Assembly (NCBI GenBank): GCA_964642565.1
Contig: CAZXPK010000003.1
Coordinates: 1 to 60,607, forward strand
DNA: 60,607 bases
Direction: 5' to 3'
DNA from: an uncultured Anaerolineaceae bacterium
GTDB taxonomy: Bacteria; Chloroflexota; Anaerolineae; Anaerolineales; UBA4823
The position numbers were made by a program, and so were the translations under genes. Every line of letters begins with the position of its first letter. Within the stretch, counting starts at the first letter, position 1. Shown here piece after piece: positions 56,841 to 60,607 of this stretch. The notes under the pieces are model-generated. The model did no database searches and had not been told where the DNA came from. It saw only the letters and a program-made list of their open reading frames with translations.

Positions 56841-58016
56841 TTATTTATCCTGTAATGCTGCCAACCCTGGTAAGTCCAGTCCCTCCAACATCTCAAGTGA
56901 AGCACCTCCGCCAGTTGAAATGTGAGTGATCCGATCTGCCAGGCCAGCCTGATTGATGGCTGAAACTGAATCACCTCCACCGATGATGGAAATCGCTTTA
57001 CTCGCAGCTACAGCCTTTGCTACTCCTATCGTCCCTTCAGCGAAACGCGGGAATTCAAAAACACCCATCGGACCATTCCACACAATTGTCCCTGCAGTAG
57101 ATAGAGCTTTTCCAAAGTTGTTGACCGTTGCTGGGCCGATATCCAGGATGCGCCATCCATCTGGTACAGGTCCCATAGCCATGACCTTCTTTTCCGCTTC
57201 AGCCTCAAATCGGTCACCGATTACCACATCAACTGGCAGGCGTAAGTGTGTGACACCTGATTTTAGAAGCTGCCGTGCAGTATCCAATGCCTCATCTTCG
57301 CACAACGAATCTCCAATTGGATATCCTTGTGCTTTGAAAAAGGTATTAGCCATCCCACCACCAATCAAAATCTGGTCAGATTTGGTCAGCAGATTACGGA
57401 TGACACCGATCTTATCGCTGATCTTCGCCCCGCCTAATATGGCAATGAAAGGACGTTTTGGGTTGGCAATCGCCTGGCCAAGATATTGAATTTCTTTTTC
57501 CATTAGAAATCCTGCCACTGCTGGTAAGTAGTGTGCTACGCCTTCGGTGGAAGCATGGGCTCGGTGAGCGGAACCAAACGCATCATTGACATAAACATCT
57601 GCCAAAGAAGCCATCTTCTTGGCGAGGTCAGGATCATTTTTCTCCTCTTCAGGATGAAAGCGGGTATTTTCTAGCACCAATACCTCACCAGGTTTGAGTG
57701 CCTTGGAAGCTGCTTCTGCCACAGTCCCAACACAATCATCAGCAAATGCTACTGGTTTGCCCAGAAGTCCGCTCAAATGTGCAGCGACAGGTCGTAAAGA
57801 GAATTTCGGGTCAGGCCCAACTTTGGGACGACCAAGATGAGAAAATAGGATCACGGCAGCACCATGATCCAACAGGTAATTTAATGTCGGCATGGCTGCC
57901 ACGATACGCGTATCATCTACTACTTTGCCGTCGGTAATTGGAACGTTATAATCCACCCGCACCAAGACTCGTTTTCCCTTCACGTCGATATCTGTAATGG
58001 ATTTCTTATTGAACAT
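56841..58016 (-). CDS. pgk: phosphoglycerate kinase
   Basis: [10 protein letters not shown], the [12 protein letters not shown] motif and the [10 protein letters not shown]-terminus. ATG at 58016 follows a GGAGG RBS; the ORF-track start is 58067. Confidence 0.95.
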   Translation of the reverse strand: MFNKKSITDIDVKGKRVLVRVDYNVPITDGKVVDDTRIVAAMPTLNYLLDHGAAVILFSHLGRPKVGPDPKFSLRPVAAHLSGLLGKPVAFADDCVGTVAEAASKALKPGEVLVLENTRFHPEEEKNDPDLAKKMASLADVYVNDAFGSAHRAHASTEGVAHYLPAVAGFLMEKEIQYLGQAIANPKRPFIAILGGAKISDKIGVIRNLLTKSDQILIGGGMANTFFKAQGYPIGDSLCEDEALDTARQLLKSGVTHLRLPVDVVIGDRFEAEAEKKVMAMGPVPDGWRILDIGPATVNNFGKALSTAGTIVWNGPMGVFEFPRFAEGTIGVAKAVAASKAISIIGGGDSVSAINQAGLADRITHISTGGGASLEMLEGLDLPGLAALQDK

Positions 58017-58079
58017 ATTCCCTCCATAAATATAAAGAATGCGGATGGAACTTTCAGCCATCCGCATTCCTTTATTTTA

Positions 58080-59135
58080 TTATAAGTTTTTTGCCAATAA
58101 GGCTGCTAAATCAGCAGTGCGAACGGAATAACCCCATTCATTGTCATACCAGGCAACAATCTTGGCGAAATTGTTCTTTTCCTTGCCGAGCACCATGGTA
58201 AACGGTAGATCCACTGAAGAGCTATGGGGATCGCCCCTATAATCAGTGCTGACCAAAGGCTCATCAACCGCTTGAAGGATGCCTTTCAATGGACCAGCTG
58301 CAGCATCGCGGAAAGACTGGCGTAATTCCTCAGTGGTAGTGCTGGTTTCCAATTCGACTGTCAGGTCGATCACTGATACTGTCGGGGTCGGGACGCGTAA
58401 TGCATACCCATCCATCTTACCTATTAGATCTGGTATGACCAGGCTGATCGCTTTGGCAGCACCAGTCGTCGTGGGAATAATATTGAGAGCAGCTGCACGG
58501 GCACGGCGCAGATCACTATGTGGAAGATCCAATATTTTCTGATCGTTGGTATAGGCATGGATAGTAGTCATAAACCCACGGACGATTTTATACTTGTCAT
58601 GAACGACTTTAACCGCTGGGGCAAGACCATTCGTCGTACACGATGCATTCGAGATGACATGATGTTTCTTGGGATCGTACATATACTCATTCACTCCCAA
58701 GACAATGGTTAAATCTTCTCCCTCTGCAGGTGCTGTAATGATCACCTTCTTCGCACCACCTTTGGTGATGTGGTTCTCGGCACCCTTTACGAGCTTTCCC
58801 TTTTTATTAACCCCATCACTCTTGATGGTGAATAATCCTGTGCTTTCTATGACGATATCCACCCCAAGCGAACCCCATGGGATGTTGGTTGGGTTAGTTT
58901 CTTTAAATACTTTAACCGCTTTCCCGTCTACAAACAATCCATCATCTTTGACTTCAACAGTACCATCGAAACGACCATAGTTACTGTCATACTTTAGCAA
59001 ATGCGCCATGGTTTTTAAATCGCCAATATCATTGAAAGCGACCACTTCCAGGCTATCAGGATGATAATCCCGGATTGCTTTGAGAACCTGTCTACCAATC
59101 CGTCCAAAACCATTAATACCTACTTTTGTCGTCAT
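58080..59135 (-). CDS. gap: type I glyceraldehyde-3-phosphate dehydrogenase
   Basis: [10 protein letters not shown], the active-site motif SNASCTTN and [12 protein letters not shown] at 59135; the ORF-track start is 59147. Confidence 0.95.
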   Translation of the reverse strand: MTTKVGINGFGRIGRQVLKAIRDYHPDSLEVVAFNDIGDLKTMAHLLKYDSNYGRFDGTVEVKDDGLFVDGKAVKVFKETNPTNIPWGSLGVDIVIESTGLFTIKSDGVNKKGKLVKGAENHITKGGAKKVIITAPAEGEDLTIVLGVNEYMYDPKKHHVISNASCTTNGLAPAVKVVHDKYKIVRGFMTTIHAYTNDQKILDLPHSDLRRARAAALNIIPTTTGAAKAISLVIPDLIGKMDGYALRVPTPTVSVIDLTVELETSTTTEELRQSFRDAAAGPLKGILQAVDEPLVSTDYRGDPHSSSVDLPFTMVLGKEKNNFAKIVAWYDNEWGYSVRTADLAALLAKNL

Positions 59136-59221
59136 TTTTTCCTCCATACGAAGTTATATTCAGCAGCCCAAACCATTTATCAAGCTACTGTGAGTGATGA
59201 AAATAATCCTTACACAACTTA

Positions 59222-60556
59222 TTATTCTACCAAAGGTCCGGTTCGTTCTTGATATAAATCCATAATTGCCTTGGCTAATTTTGAGGAATCATGACGCCAA
59301 GGTTGGTTCTCATCAACTAAATCTGCCCGGTATATAGGATACTCTGCCTCGTTCTCTGGTACTGTTTTCACCCAATCGGTTCCAGGGGATAATTTACCAT
59401 CAAATTGATTGTTTATGACAATAATATCGAAAATCGACCCCCCAATATGGTCATTCAGGACTTTAATATGATCTTCGCAACAATATCCATCTGTCTCCCC
59501 TGGTTGTGTAGCTACATTACACACGTAGATTTTCAAGGCTCGGCTGGCTTGGATCGCAGCAACAATATCTGGAACGAGCAAATTGGGTAGAACACTGGTG
59601 AATAAGCTGCCTGGACCAATCACGATTAATTCTGATGCCAGGATTGCTTGAATGACCTGTGGATATGGAGTGGGATTACTAGGTTCGAGCCATACCCGTT
59701 GTACATCACCTGGGAATTTTGGGATGGTGCTTTCTCCTTCAACTCTCACTTCGCCATTACTATGAGGGAGCTGGACATCTGCCACTAAACGAACGTCATG
59801 TAGTGTAGCGGGAAGCACCCGTCCATGTACTGCCAATACCCTACCCGATTCAACTACTGCTTCCTCAAAGCTGCCAGTAATTTCTGATAATGCACTAATG
59901 AATAGATTACCAAAAGGATGACCATCCAACTCAGGATTGCCATCGGAGAATCGATATTGAAAAAGCTGGGTCATTAATGCTTCGTCTGTGGATAAGGCAG
60001 CAAGACAATTCCGAATATCACCCGGAGGTGGTATACCCTGTGTTCGCCTTATCCGTCCAGATGATCCCCCATCATCAGCTACTGTAACAACTGCAGTAAT
60101 ATTATAGCTGTAGGTCTTCAAACCCCTTAATAAAGTGGATAACCCATGCCCGCCTCCAATGGTAACGATGCGTGGTCCACGTTCTTTTCTCCGGTGATCG
60201 GTCAGCTCATCAAGTACCGGTTTCCCAGAGTGTCGAAAGGGTGCTAAGAGAGAGCGGTTAATCCCCCAGATTCCAACCAAAATCAATCCGGTGCCTAATC
60301 CACCAAAGATCAATACCCGTAATGGTCGGCTTATGATGCGCAATGAAGCAATCGATAAAATCGGCAACCACCAAGTGTCAGGTGCAGTGCGATAGATCTC
60401 TAACAATAATACTGCTAAACCTACCCCTAGCAAGGTAGTTCCAAAAAGGATAAGCGCTATCCAACGTTTTACACCCAACCCTGGAACCAACCATCGTAAA
60501 GGATACGACAGGCGCATCCAGAATTTTTTTGATTTATTGGTTTTTTTATTTCCCAT
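59222..60556 (-). CDS. yvcK: YvcK/CofD-family gluconeogenesis factor with N-terminal membrane anchor
   Basis: 444 aa. The N-terminal roughly 100 aa is hydrophobic. It is followed by IVTIGGGHGLSTLLRGLK and VVTVADDGGSSG motifs typical of UPF0052/YvcK. Confidence 0.8.
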   Translation of the reverse strand: MGNKKTNKSKKFWMRLSYPLRWLVPGLGVKRWIALILFGTTLLGVGLAVLLLEIYRTAPDTWWLPILSIASLRIISRPLRVLIFGGLGTGLILVGIWGINRSLLAPFRHSGKPVLDELTDHRRKERGPRIVTIGGGHGLSTLLRGLKTYSYNITAVVTVADDGGSSGRIRRTQGIPPPGDIRNCLAALSTDEALMTQLFQYRFSDGNPELDGHPFGNLFISALSEITGSFEEAVVESGRVLAVHGRVLPATLHDVRLVADVQLPHSNGEVRVEGESTIPKFPGDVQRVWLEPSNPTPYPQVIQAILASELIVIGPGSLFTSVLPNLLVPDIVAAIQASRALKIYVCNVATQPGETDGYCCEDHIKVLNDHIGGSIFDIIVINNQFDGKLSPGTDWVKTVPENEAEYPIYRADLVDENQPWRHDSSKLAKAIMDLYQERTGPLVE

Positions 60557-60607
60557 TCCAACCCTTGATGATAGCAGTCTTTAAGTAACTCGTCAACAAT
60601 AAATCTC

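Noticed and set aside
1-60607. Search for CRISPR arrays, tRNA/rRNA genes, transposases, integrases, prophage genes or toxin-antitoxin pairs.
   Set aside because: By eye I found no tandem spaced repeats, cloverleaf-like intergenic sequences, or ORFs with DDE, tyrosine- or serine-recombinase or phage structural signatures. The intergenic regions are short apart from 12867-13227. A covariance-model scan (tRNAscan/Infernal) would be needed to exclude small ncRNAs.

Overview
The window looks like a chromosomal segment of a strictly anaerobic bacterium. My guess is Chloroflexota/Anaerolineae-like, from gene content and a tal-pgi fusion, but this is low confidence and no search was possible. It is densely coding, and I recognised no rRNA, tRNA, CRISPR array, transposase or integrase.

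Layout:
- 1-12.9 kb: housekeeping genes (MBL hydrolase, plsY, JAMM protease, GT4, yraN, miaA, acyl-CoA ligase), then a minus-strand non-oxidative pentose-phosphate block (tal-pgi fusion, rpiB, tkt).
- 13.2-48.7 kb: about 35 kb of uninterrupted plus-strand genes forming an anaerobic energy-metabolism supercluster, in this order:
  (i) etfBA flanked by two paralogous HdrD-like CCG Fe-S proteins, one fused to a membrane domain;
  (ii) an embedded three-gene phosphorelay with no DNA-binding output;
  (iii) hdrCBA-mvhD-FeS-fdhA with an in-frame UGA (selenocysteine) and a SECIS-like hairpin, followed by a rubrerythrin-like gene, fdhD and focA;
  (iv) a small cNMP/GNAT unit;
  (v) a carbonyl-branch Wood-Ljungdahl cluster (acsA, acsB, acsD, acsC, RACo, acsE, two cooC). 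It also contains a malic enzyme, a TrxR-like flavoprotein with SxxS in place of CxxC, a MetV-MetF fusion and a degenerate HdrC-like protein.
- 48.8-60.6 kb: mostly minus-strand genes (esterase, patatin, two coupled hypothetical genes on the plus strand, an ECF sigma-DegV-membrane protein operon, LMW-PTP, an orphan NusG paralog, tpiA-pgk-gap, yvcK).

The most interesting candidates are the Hdr-MvhD-Fdh(Sec) array and the unusual redox partners flanking metVF. All functional calls rest on motif recognition in the supplied translations, not on database searches.
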